A DNA stretch of 64,000 nucleotides from Geosiphon pyriformis uo1 (Eukaryota > Fungi > Glomeromycota), in contig JAAOMT010000480.1 of NCBI GenBank assembly GCA_016748015.1, forward strand, positions 744,001 through 808,000. Reading direction: 5' to 3'. A program made the position numbers and the translations under genes. Every line of letters begins with the position of its first letter. The first letter of the stretch is position 1. The notes below the pieces were generated by a model. That model saw only the letters and a program-made list of their open reading frames with translations, was not told the origin of the DNA and ran no database searches. This document shows, piece after piece, positions 23,754 through 36,257 of this stretch.

Positions 23754-24625
23754 TGTTATTTATAAAAAAATCATACAAAAAAATAGTAAGAAAAACAGAT
23801 AGACCAATAAAAGAATAATAGTTAACATGTGAGCATATTGCTTAGTAATGTGGAGCATTGTCAAGAATATTGGTACACTTCTTAGCAATATGGAGCAATG
23901 TCAGAAAATCATGACATATTGATTAAGAAATTATAGCACATTGCTTGAAGATGTGGGCAATCTTATAGAACCCAAATTATGTATATATAGCAAGAATGTT
24001 AGAAGCAAAAAAAGACAAAATCAATACCAAGATTTTCTTGTTAAGAAAAATTTTAATTAAAAATCATCAATATTAATAAATAATTATTCTCCATCCAAAT
24101 CACTTTCCTTACTATTAACACTTTATGTTGATAGTATTTAATACTTGATTATACTGGAACAATAGCTTTTGATCATAGCTATTAATAAGATACTAACATT
24201 TTTTGTCTTGACTTATTTTTTATTTTTTATTTTATTTTTTTTATTTTTTATTTATTTTGCTATTAAATTACTAATTGATTTAAAAGATTAATTCATAGAG
24301 TACTAATATCAAAGGCACTGGTAAAAAACCCAGAAATAAGGGTAAAACACTCAATTAAGGATAGCTTACTAAAAGAATACTAGCCACCAAGCTAAAAAAA
24401 ATTCATAATAACCACTCTGGGAGGGTACAGATACAAAAATTATACTGGCTACCAAGCCAAAAAAAAAATTGATAGAATTGCAATTCTGAAAAGTAATGGA
24501 TAAAAACAATACTTGAATCTTTGTTCATTATACAAAAAACTCAACCAAAACCTTTAGATATTACCAATGAAATTAGCTATTGAGTTTGTTATTTGATTTG
24601 AGACCCCAAATAATTACCTGTAACA
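23754..24625 (+). mobile_element. Solo LTR, element-B-related
   Basis: TGTTA...TAACA; TSD TTGT/TTAT; same U3 repeats, TATA and hairpins as LTR B; LINE-c frame rejoins. Confidence 0.9.
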
Positions 24626-26428
24626 TTATTGAAAATTTAAAATTACTAATGCAGATGCTCTCAAATAGGCTTGTTTCAAAGAGTGTGTTTCTGTTAAGTT
24701 TTTTTTTGTAATTGGTAGATTCTTATTAGCAAGTGCTGATAAAGATTTTAATACTATATAGAATTTGTTGAAGAAAGTGATAGTAGATTTGGCTAATAAT
24801 GTTTTCTCTAAACATTGGTTTTATAATATTAAATGTTCTTTCAACAGACAATTTTTTAAGTTTTTCAAGCTAAAACTACTAGTTGCTAAAGTGGTTAAGT
24901 TTTTTCAATCTGGTAATTCTTCTAAAACTAACTTATTTCTTGGTGCTTAGTTAATTGCTAATAAAGTTAAGGTTCTTAAGATTTAGGACATATTAAATAT
25001 TAGCACCAGTAGTATGAATGTTTTTAGTTGCTTGTCCAAAATTAGGAAAAGTTATCATTGTTTTAAGATGCATAAATCTAAGACTGCTAAGTCTGCTGCT
25101 ATTAGGTGTGTTATCAATAAGAGAATAGAAAATTTTTATTTAAACAAAGGCCATATGATCAAGAATATATTGGATAAGTCTTTTTATAAAGTGGTTCTCA
25201 ATCATTTAATTGTTAATAATGAACTGGTTTTGAATTTTGATGATATTAAATCTAAGATTAATGTTATAATAAAAGGATGAACCAGAAAGCATTCAGTTTT
25301 TGGGTCTTTGTTTAATCTTTGGGCCCACCAGTATATCCCTTTATAGCATATAGATAACAATACTTTCTCTGATATTATAGATATTGTTAGTTTTGATGAG
25401 TTGGTTTAAGTTGTCAGACATTTACTAGATAGAAAAGCTGCTGATCTTAATGGTATTCCTAATGAATTGTGGAAATATTGTAATAATGATGTTTTCAAAG
25501 GTTTTTTGAATCTTTTGAATTTATGTTTGAGATTAAGTACTGTTCTAATTTTATAGAAGAGAGCATGGGTTTCAATGATATCTAAATCTTACAAATAAAA
25601 TAGCATCTTGACAAATACTTATTATATTGCTTTAGTTGAAACTGCTTGTAAAATTTTTTCTAAAATTTTTTCAGATCAGATCTTTTTTATCTGCAGTAAA
25701 TTTGGTGTTCTCTATGAAAATAACTTCTTTATTTTAAAAGATACTTCAATGCAGTCTCCTATTTTTGCAGTCAGTTTGGTGGTTAAGGATGCTTTGAAAA
25801 AAGGCAGAAAAGTTTAGTTGGTTTTGTAGAATATGCACAAGGTATATAATTTGGTCAATTAACATTATTTGAGAGTTAGTTTGTGACATATCAAAATATG
25901 TGAAAGATTTATTAAGTTTTTTGGTAAAATTTATGAAAATAAGTTGAACAGAGTTATGACAGATTTTGGTATTTCAAATGAGTATTGAGTATTTGATGGT
26001 TTTAATCAAGGTAAAGTGTTTTTTTTCCTTCTTTGGCAAATTTTTTATGACCTTTTTTTGTGTAAAGTCAAAAGACAAAAGAGTATATGTAATTATCAGA
26101 TTGATACCAAATTTGTGACCAAAACAGAAAAAATTAATAATGTGAGTAAAATGACTTTTTTTTTTGTGACTAAAGCTTTTGTGAACAATATCATTTGAGT
26201 TGGAAATAGCCAAGCTGCTACACAATTTATATTAAATATTGCCAGTGATTTCTTCTTAATTAATAATATTTCTATTAACAACAACAAAATAGTTGCCATT
26301 CTTATCAATAAGAGGGTTAAGAATGCTGTTTTAAAGATTAGTAAGTCCTCTATTTCAATTGCCAAATGTGGTGTACTTCACAGATACTTGGGTATCTTCT
26401 TGTCTATTGATAGTTTATCCAAGCTCAG

Positions 26429-27232
26429 TGTTACTCATAAAAAGAAAACAGATATAAAAAAATAGTAGGCCAATAAGAAAGTAGTAGTTAGCATATGAGC
26501 ACATTGCTCAACAATATGAAACAATATCAGAAATCATGGCACATCACTCAGCAATGTGGGGCAATGTCAAGAAAATATGGCATATTGCTTGAGAAATTAT
26601 AGCACATTGCTTGAGAATGTGAGTGATCTCATAGAACCCAAATTATGTATATATAGTGGTAGCATTAGAAGTAGAAAAGACAGATTTTTCAGTTTAAATT
26701 TTATCTAAGCAACCTTCCAATTTACAAATATCAATAAATAATTATTTACTATCTCAATTCACTCTTCATTATCAACACTTTATGTTAATAGTAATTGATA
26801 CTTAACCACACTGAAACAATAGCTCTTGATCATGGCTATTGATGAAATACTAACTTGCAATTGCTTTTGTTTAAATTTTTTTTATTTTTTTTTATTTCTT
26901 TGTTTTACTAAAATTGATTAAAGATTAAGCGCTAAGATACAAACATCATAGAGACTGGTAAAAGACCTGTAAAACAAGAGTAGAACACTTATAAATTTAA
27001 GGATAGCTTACTAGGAGGATTACTGGCCACCACACTGAGAAAGAAATTCAATGGAATTGCAATTCTGGAAGGCTACTAAAACCAATTATTAAATCTCTGT
27101 CTATTATACAAAAGACTTTACAATAAACCTTCAGATCAATAAAACCTTTAGATATCTATGTCAGAGTACTAATCAAGCACCAAGTTACAGATTTGTTATT
27201 TGCTTTGAGACCTCAAATAATCATCTGTAACA
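26429..27232 (+). repeat. Element B 5' LTR (804 bp)
   Basis: TGTTAC...GTAACA; direct repeat of 35433-36257. Confidence 0.95.
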
Positions 27233-27234
27233 TT

Positions 27235-27250
27235 TGGTGCTCTCTGTAAG
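27235..27250 (+). promoter_or_regulatory. PBS of element B (TGGTGCTCTCTGTAAG), resembling the complement of an elongator tRNA-Met 3' end
   Basis: TGG 2 nt after LTR; tRNA assignment from remembered eukaryotic eMet ends (..GAGCACCA), allowing G>A decay. Confidence 0.7.
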
Positions 27251-27252
27251 AT

Positions 27253-30200
27253 ATAATCTTACAGAAAACCAGCACCAACAACAGTTATTCAAAAGTGACA
27301 GAATCAGAAAACATAAGAGCAAACCATTTAGGATTTACTAAATCCTTGTTTTAACAGTACACCCAACAATTAGGATTAAACAATAACCACTTTCCAGCAG
27401 AATCCGCCTTTAACTTTTATGTCAACAATAAAATCACAGACTGCTTAGAAGGAACAGTTAACATTGAATCTGCAAAGAAAAATTTCTATACAAAATTATT
27501 TCAACATACCAGCTTACCAAGAAACTATAGTTTTACACCAATCATCAGGGAAATCAATCAAACTATTGAAAAGTACACACAACAACAATTCCCCATCACT
27601 TATGCAAACAAAGGCAAAGGAAAATTGCAAACACCAGCAGTAACACCAAAACAAATACAACCACCCACTTGAAAGAAAACCAGAGTTGAATCACCAACAA
27701 ACCCATCATACCACTATACACTCGGAAGCACTATCAATATCTTATTAACAAATGTGTCCACATCAAATGCGACATCAACATTTGGACAACTCCTATTTCA
27801 AAGTAAACAAAAGAAAGCAGAATTACTAGGAACTTATGGCAATTATTTTGAAGAATTTAAATTGCAATCGCCAATGCCATCAGAATTCTGATCACCACCA
27901 AATCAAAACAATCTAAATCCCAAATTAATTAATCAGCAAAACTTACCTCCAATAATTATTATTAATCAGCCACCAACTGAACTGATCCAACTGCAACAAA
28001 TACCACTACAGCAATCACAACAGCCATTTTAACAGCCGCAACAACAACTTCAACAACCAAACTTAGATTCAATGGCCTATACTCCAATAGCAAAACTCAA
28101 AAAGTTCACTGGCAAAAAGAATGATGCCCAAATATGGCTTAACAACATTGAAAAAGCCATCACGGCCAATGGAATAAATGACACAAAAGCACTCCAAGCC
28201 ATTCCCTATTTCTTACAGGATACTGCCAACTCATGGTATTAAAGCTTAGTTGTCAAACCCCAAACATTCTAGGAATTTAAAGTCATATTCTTGGGATACT
28301 TCAGTAATAATAATAGTATTAACCAATTGGCAAACACTTTCACCACCATTAAGCAAGGAGAAAATGAAGCAGTTACTACTTACTTAGGATGCTTTCACAG
28401 AAATCTGTGCCAAATTCAGGCCATACAGGCTGATTATTTCACAGCACCACAAATTTTGAATTAATTTATTAAAGGCCTGCACAGTAGCATCCTTTAACAC
28501 ATGCACCCAATGCATTCAGCAGATCTTCAAGCTGCAGTTACAAATGCCAGAGATTTTGAAGCAGCTAAACTCAAAGCTAATCATGCCCAAGCTGTCAATC
28601 TAGTAATAAATAAATCATTTGAATTGGATTTCAAATTGAAACAATTCAGTGATTTCATTAACCAGAAGCTTGAAGGGTACTTAGCTGACAATCACGCAAT
28701 TTATCAACCTCCACAACAATACAATAATCAAAGAAATGTGAATTATTTCCAGAATCAGTCACATCCATCATTTTCGACCAATCAACAGTGGCAGCAGAAG
28801 ATGCATGTTTGCCACTACTGTGGTAAACAAAGGCACTTAAGAATTGATTGTAAGTTAAAGATAGATAACCAATAATCAGAAAATCAATATCAAAACCCCG
28901 ATCGCCAGTTTCCAACTCTGAATTACCAATTCAACCCAGCACCATATTAACTGACTTATCTGTTAATGACACAACAGCCAATATATTAACCACCCGTATA
29001 TCAATTTTCAGTTTATTAACCACAGCCACCAGTAATATATCAACTACCACAGCCACAAATAATTTATCAGACATCCACAGTTCAAATACCACCATTCAAC
29101 CCAGCTCAAATGACATCAGGAAACCCCAGATCAAGAATTACCCAAAACTGGAGATTGGCAATAGTTGTGCACCAACCAATCTCCAGTTTATTCAACCAGC
29201 TGTCAGAATTATGACAGTGGAGTTCAAGAACTGGGTATACTCAAAACCCAAGTTTCTAAAACTATTTAAGTCTCCTGGTTACTCTGAAGATGCCCAATTC
29301 AATAATCTAGAAACCAACCAACAACCAACACTTACCAGCAACATTCTACTGGCTACCATCACCAAAAACAAATCACTGGATGCCATCTTCTCATTCAAAC
29401 TCAAGGAACTGTCAACTATGTCATTGTTTAATGGAGCTGCTCTTGAAAAAAAATCTATCACTGCCATATATACTGATGTCAAAGTTGATGGCCATCTCAT
29501 CAAGCTAATTCTAGACAATGGATCAGCTGGCAGCATCATTACAAGACAACTCATGGACCAATTAGGTCGCTGAGTTGATTGCGCTGCCAGCATCAAGATC
29601 ATAACTGACAATGAGACAATCAAAATTCCTATTGGTGAGATTAACAACTTCCCTATTGAAGTTAATGATATCATGGTCCCAATTAAAGTACTGGTCATAA
29701 AAGCCACCCAATACCAAGCACTCATTGGTAATGATTGGCTATTTAAAACCAATACATTGCTTGATTGGAATACACAGAAGCTTCAAATTAGTCAGAATAA
29801 CTAATACATATATGTACCAGCTACGTGTGGCCATTTTAAGACCACTAACTCAACAACACTACTTATTGAGTTTGAGGAAGAAGAGAAAAAACCTACCTGA
29901 GAAGCCTATCAAGTATCATGGGTGCAAGAAAACCACAACGAGTTACCTCCAATACTCTCCTGAGACAATAATAGAAAAGGAAAACAAAAGGAAGAACTTA
30001 CCTGGAATGACAACCAAGACTGAGAAACTAACAGTAACTCAAACAAACTACCAATCTGAGAATGGGAAGAAATCAACAAAGGAAAAGAGAAAAAGAAAGA
30101 AAAAAATATAACCAAAGAAACCACCACCACAGGAGAAATAACTAGTGGCTGGGAAAGAAAATACTCGCGAAAACTGATAAAGGAACCACCATATATACCT

Positions 30201-33200
30201 TTCAAATGCAAAAATTGTGGGAAAAAACTTTCTTTTATGGGAGCTTGAGTTGCATCAGATGAAGATTACTGAACATGAACCCATTATTATTGTAAGCCTT
30301 GCCACCGCAAACGCTATGACTACCCAAAAAGACAAGGCAAGTGGGACAATGAATCATGTCTTGCTTGCAGTGAACAACTATTGAATAAAAGAATGTGAAA
30401 TGACATTTCTGGACAAGAAGAAACGTGTGACACTTTATGCCAATACACAATCTTTACCAGCGATTGGATGAGTCATGGTACACCAATAATTGCTGTTTAG
30501 CACTGTGCAATATCTCACTTGGAAGGTTACCCACACAATGAAGACAAGATCTAGTAAATGGCAAATGCCAAAATAGAAGATGCTATGCCTAGTAAAATAT
30601 TAGAAATCAAGAACAACCCTCCAGAGCCAGTTAATATTGTTCTGATTCCCAACCCAAATACTTTTCTAGACCTGGAAGCAGGCCCAGAAGAATTTCATGA
30701 GCATTACCAAAATTTGGCACCAACAAGGGAGGAACAAGAGCAGTGTTTAGCCCAAATAAACACCTGATTATGTGACCATTGTTTGATCCCATGTGACTTT
30801 TAATATTGTAATAAATGTAATCTTATTTATAATCTACCACTATGCATGATTTACACAATTCTAAAGGAGGAACCAATCAGCAACTGCACATTAGAATTGG
30901 AATCAAATTTCAATTCCGATTCAAACTCTGATAATAATGATGATAAAAACAATGGTTTCAGCTCTGCTCTTTATAGCAACAAAAATTACGATGATTCAAA
31001 CTCTGATTCAAACCCCAAAGCATTTATTATACTTCTTGACCTTATCAAGGAACAGGAACTTAAATGGTTCAGCGATAATAATGAAGATATCATGTCAAAA
31101 TGCACACATAATACTGATGTAGGGTTTGATCTGAGATATCCAGGGTAGGATGTCATAAAATTGGAACCCCATTCATGCATCTGTATTGATCTCAAAATAG
31201 CATTAGAAATTCTAGCAACAACAATGGTTCAGTTGACATTTAAGAATAGCTTAGCAAAAAAGGGAATCAACATCAGAGAAAGAATAATTGACACAAAATA
31301 TGTAAGAAATATCATTGCTATGCTACAAAATGACTCAGAAAAAGTCTATACCATAAAGCCAAATAAAAAAATAGCACAGACAATATTTCTGCCTCTGGTG
31401 AAAGTAGCTCAATTAGTGTTAGTAGAAAATAGGAAAGAGTTAGAGATTACTGTTAAAGAGATACAAGGATTCAGATCAATGGATAAAATAAACATACCAG
31501 TTAATATGGTGGAGAAAAAGGTTATTGACAAAGGAAAAATTATCTCAACTCATCAATCAATTTCCATTCTATTATATGATCAGTATATGTTAGCCATAAA
31601 AAGAGAAGTAAAGAATCAAGCTCAGTTGTTTGAAACAGAAGCCACCATTTGTGAATCAGGAGAAATTGGACTCACTAATCTTTACATATCAGCCAAAAGC
31701 CTCAAAAATATCAAAATTCTCATCTACAACACAACCAGAAATGTTATTGAGATACCAAAAAAAACCACCATTGGATACTTAACCACTGAAGTTAAGGATC
31801 AACCACCAAACTACATTCCAGATTTTCCACAGCTTTGTAGATATGTGGATATCACATCACAAACCATTTATAGACAAAGTAAATGTTATCTGCTTCAACC
31901 AGAACAATTGGAACAGATGAATTTAGAAAATTTAGATCCACTTCAATGGATGCAACTTAAGATGTTACTCAACAATTTCAATAACATCTTTGCCAGTGAA
32001 AATGAATTTGGCAGAACTAACATAATCCAGCACCAGATCAAGACTAGAGATACAATGCCAATAAAACAAAGAGCATATAGAGTACCACCAGCTAGCCATG
32101 AGATCATCTGTCAGGAAATCAATTGGATGCTTGACAACAGGCTAATTCAGCCATCAATGAATCCATGGTCATCACCAGTGGTATTAGTCTGGAAGAAAAA
32201 TGGAAAAATCCATTTTTGTGTGGATTATCGAAAACTGAATGGAGTAACTAAAAGTGATAGTTATTCAACTCCAAAAATCCAAGAACTATTCAATGCTTTT
32301 GGAGGAAATAAATGATTCTTGACACTGAATTTAAATAGTAGTTACTGGCAAGTAGTCATAAACCCAGCTGACAAAAAGAAAACAGCATTTATCACAAGAG
32401 AGAAAAATTTTGAGTTTGAAGTCATGCCATTTGGCTTGATAAACACTCCAGCAACATTCCAACAGTTCATGGAAATTGTATATACTAGATTACTATAGAA
32501 ATTAGTAGTCATATATTTGGATAACACTAATGTGTTTTCAAAAACATTTGATAATTATCTGCATCATTTACAACAAGTGTTTGAAAGATTAAGAAGAGCC
32601 AGATTGAAACTAAATACAACCAAATGTTTCTTTGGAAAAATCAAACTCAAGTTTTTGGAACATGTAGTAAGCAAAAATGGAATCAAAACAGATCCAGACA
32701 AAATTGAGATTGTCAAAAACTTTCCAGTACCAAATAATCTCACAGTACTGAGAGCATTCTTGGGATTCGCAGGGTACTATCATCATTTTATCAAAGACTT
32801 TTCTAAACTGGCCCAGCCACGCCATCATTTACAAACTAAGAATGTAAAGTATAAATGAACAGAAACTCAACAAAAAGTATTCGACACACTAAGAAAAAAG
32901 CTTATTTAAGCTCCAGTGTTGATGTATCCAGATCACAACAAACCATTCATCATCACCACTGATGCATTAGGCCAGACATTGGGAGTAGTACTATCACAGA
33001 AAGAACCAGATGGAAGAGAACATCCAATAGCTTATGCCAATAGAAGCTTAAGTTCAGCTGAAAAAAACTATAGAACACTAGCATTAAAATATTTAGCAAT
33101 CTATTGGGCAGTCATGAAATAGAAAAAATACTTGAGCCAAAAGTTTGAAATATATACGAATTACAAAGGATTAATTTCAATCCAGAAGCAAAAATTTGGA

Positions 33201-33317
33201 AACAACTGCCATGCCAGATAGAAAATAGAACTTTCACTATTCAATTATACAATACATTATAAAAAAGGAAAAAACAACAAAAATGCTAACAGTTTGTCAT
33301 GAATGAGACAAATCTAA
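27253..33317 (+). pseudogene. Element B gag-pol (many stops, some frameshifts); start approximate
   Basis: CHYCGKQRHLRIDC; LILDNGSAG; VGFDL..KIAQ..GFRSM; FCVDYRKLN; YLDN; ITTDA; ends NANSLS*MRQI*. Confidence 0.92.
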
Positions 33318-33347
33318 AAACATTTCAACCCAAAAATATAACAAAAG

Positions 33348-34730
33348 ATGAATATACAAAAATACCAACAACTTCAACATTATATAAATATCCAATTGTT
33401 CAAGAAGAAATTATCTCAAAAAGAACAAAACAACATAAAACAACAATCAAAATATTTTATCAATCATCAAAATATACTTTACCAAAAAAACAGAAGAACT
33501 CCAGACCAACCAACAAGAGTAATTACAGAATTAGAAAAAGAGACAATATTATTTAACATGCACTCAAATCCAACAGTAGAACATTTTTATAAAAAAACAA
33601 CCATAGAAAGAACTAGAAAAAAATACTATTGGCCATCAATGTATCCAGACATCATCTAATATGTTCAAAATTGTGATGCTTGTCAGAGAAGAGAAGAAAC
33701 AAAACCCAGTGAACTGTTAAAACCAATCAAAGTAAGACAACTATTTGATTGTATTGGAATTGACTTAGTTGGACTATTAACAATTACCAGCAAAAGCAAC
33801 AGATATATTGCAGTAGCCATGAATTATCTCACTAAATGGCCAAAAGCAAAAGCCATTCAAAAAACAGATGCAGAATCCATTGTCGAATTTGTTCATTAAG
33901 ATCTGATCTGTTGAAACAGATGTCCAAAAGAATTATTATCGGATCAAGGAACTCACTTTGTAAATAGAACATTAACAGAATTAAGCCAAAGATTTGGAAT
34001 AAAAAAACTACTATCATTACCATACTATTCACAAACAAATGGATTAGTAGAAAAGTTCAACAGAACACTGTGTAAAGCAATAGCCAAAATTAGTCAAAAA
34101 AACCAGAACAAATGGGATTTGTTTATATCATCAGTATTATTTGCTTATTAGACAATGAAGCAAGATACCATACAAGCAACACTATTTAAATTGGTATATG
34201 GTAAAACAGCAACATTACCAGTTAAGATAGAGATCAATACATATCTAATTGAACCAATAACAGAAGATAATTTCTAAGAAACATTGTTGAAAAGAACATA
34301 TAACTTAATAGAAACACTAGAAAACAGATGACAAAAAACAGCTGATAACATCCAAAAGTCATAAAAAAAGCAAAAAAAATGACACAATAACCAACTACCA
34401 GATAAACCAGTTGAATTCAAGATTGGAAACAAAGTATTTTTACATTGTACCAAAGTGAAAAAACAATGGAGTGAAAAATTCGACCCCATATAAGATGGAC
34501 CATTTCACATAGAAGAAATTCTAAGAAATGGAGCTTATAAATTAAAATAGGACAACAAAATATTAGCCAAAGCAGCACATGGTAATCAACTGAAACCATA
34601 TTACCAGATAGTATCATCATCTACTAATAACATTCTACAACTGGGAGTACAAAGAATACTAGTTCAATAAAATGAGATTCCACAAGATCTGGAACCAATT
34701 ATAGTTATTGAACCAAACATGTTAAATTGA
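33348..34730 (+). pseudogene. Element B integrase with its own ATG
   Basis: MNIQKYQQLQHY; MHSNPTVEHF..CDACQ; GIDLVG; LSDQGTHF; QTNGLVE; DGPF; ends IPQDLEPIIVIE (A: IPRDLEPIVLIE). Confidence 0.9.
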
Positions 34731-34783
34731 ACAACCAAAAGTATATAAAAACACAGTACACATGACAAAAGCAACCAAGAAAA

Positions 34784-35419
34784 ATGGAAATACCAGATTA
34801 TATTCACATTATAGCTCAACAATTGTTCCAGGCCTTAAGTCAACAACAATTAGACATGGAAATTGTTATTAACAACCAAATAATTTGCTATCAAAACACC
34901 CAAAGAAAGACAAAGAATACACCATATCAGCGGCCACCAAAAAATGATAAAAACTGGACAGATAATTTAATAGAAAAAGTAAAGAACACTTTTGGAAAAA
35001 TATCTATTATGGCACCAACTGAAGAGCTTACAAAAGAAAATTGAAAGCAATGGACAGAACAACTTCCAATATCATATTGCTACTATTAGTTAGGTTAAAA
35101 GTTGAATATTCAGGAGTTGTATATCAACAAATCCAAGAGAATATTTAACTAAGACATAATACAGCAAATTGAAGAATTTATCGGAAAGAAAATGAATTTA
35201 ACACTACATGTTAAAACAATGTACTGATTATACAACATATTTCGAAACTATCCAAAAATACTGTTATATTCTGACATGAAAACCATAATCATTAACCAAT
35301 GGGGAAGAATGAACAATACACAGGTAGAAGATGTGAGAAACAGAGTCGAACAAACAATACTTGAAAAAAAAGTACTAAAATTAATTCAAAATAAAGATTT
35401 CGATGGAACTCAATATTAA
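34784..35419 (+). pseudogene. Element B accessory ORF (~211 codons), unknown function
   Basis: One frame from ATG to TAA abutting the PPT; five internal stops, each one transition away from CAA/CAG/CGA/TGG. Confidence 0.75.
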
Positions 35420-35429
35420 AAAGAAGAGA
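35418..35429 (+). promoter_or_regulatory. Polypurine tract of element B
   Basis: All-purine AAAAAGAAGAGA 3 nt before the 3' LTR. Confidence 0.8.
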
Positions 35430-35432
35430 TAA

Positions 35433-36257
35433 TATTACTCATAAAAAGAAAACAGATATAGAAAAATAGTAGGCCAATAAGAAAGTAGTAGTTAGCACAT
35501 GAGCACATTGCTCAGCAATGTGAAGCAATATCAGAAATTACAGCACATTGCTTAGCAATGTGGAGCAATATCAAGAAAATATGGCACATTGCTAAGCAAT
35601 ATGAGCATTGCTTAAGAAATTATAGCACATCACTTGAGAATGTGAGTGATCTCATAGAACCCAAATTATGTATATATATAGTGGTAGCATTAGAAGTAGA
35701 AAAAACAGACCTCTCAGTTTAGATTTTATCTAAGCAACCTTCTAATTCACAAATATCAATAAATAATTATTCACTATCTTAAACCACTCTCCACTATCAA
35801 CACTTTATGTTGATAGTAATTGATACTTAACCACACTGAAACAATAGCTCTTGATCATGGCTATTGACAAAATACTAACTTGTAATTGTTTTTGTTTAAA
35901 TTTTTTTTATTTTTTTTTATTTCTTTATTTTACTAAAATTGATTAAGGATTAAGTGCTGAGATACAAACATCATAGGGACTGGTAAAAAACCCATAAAAC
36001 AAGAATAGAACACTCATAAATTTGAGGATAGCTTACCAGGAGAATTACCAGCCACCATGCTGAGAAAGAAATTTGACAGAATTGCAATTCCAGGAGGCTA
36101 CTAAAACCAATTGTTAAATCTTTGTCCATTATATAAAGAACTTTACAACAAACCTTCAGATCAATAAAACCTTCAAATATTTATGTCAGAGTACCAATCA
36201 AGCACTAAGTTACGGATTTGTTATTTGCTTTAAGATCCCAAATAATTATCTGTAACA
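35433..36257 (+). repeat. Element B 3' LTR (825 bp; TG start decayed to TA; extra ~20-bp U3 repeat unit)
   Basis: Direct repeat of 26429-27232. Confidence 0.95.

Larger units (their letters stand above)
26429..36257 (+). mobile_element. LTR retrotransposon B, full-length, degenerate; same architecture as A
   Basis: Paired LTRs, TSD TCAG/CCAG, PBS, PPT, gag-PR-Cys-dUTPase-RT-RH, IN, 3' ORF. Confidence 0.96.

Noticed and set aside
26495-26625. CRISPR-like palindromic repeats with ~40-bp period
   Set aside because: Spacers resemble each other, the array lies in LTR U3, context is eukaryotic and there are no cas genes
26760-26860. Hammerhead or hairpin ribozyme in the LTR
   Set aside because: No CUGANGA/GAAA core or hairpin loop-B consensus found; reported only as a structured hairpin
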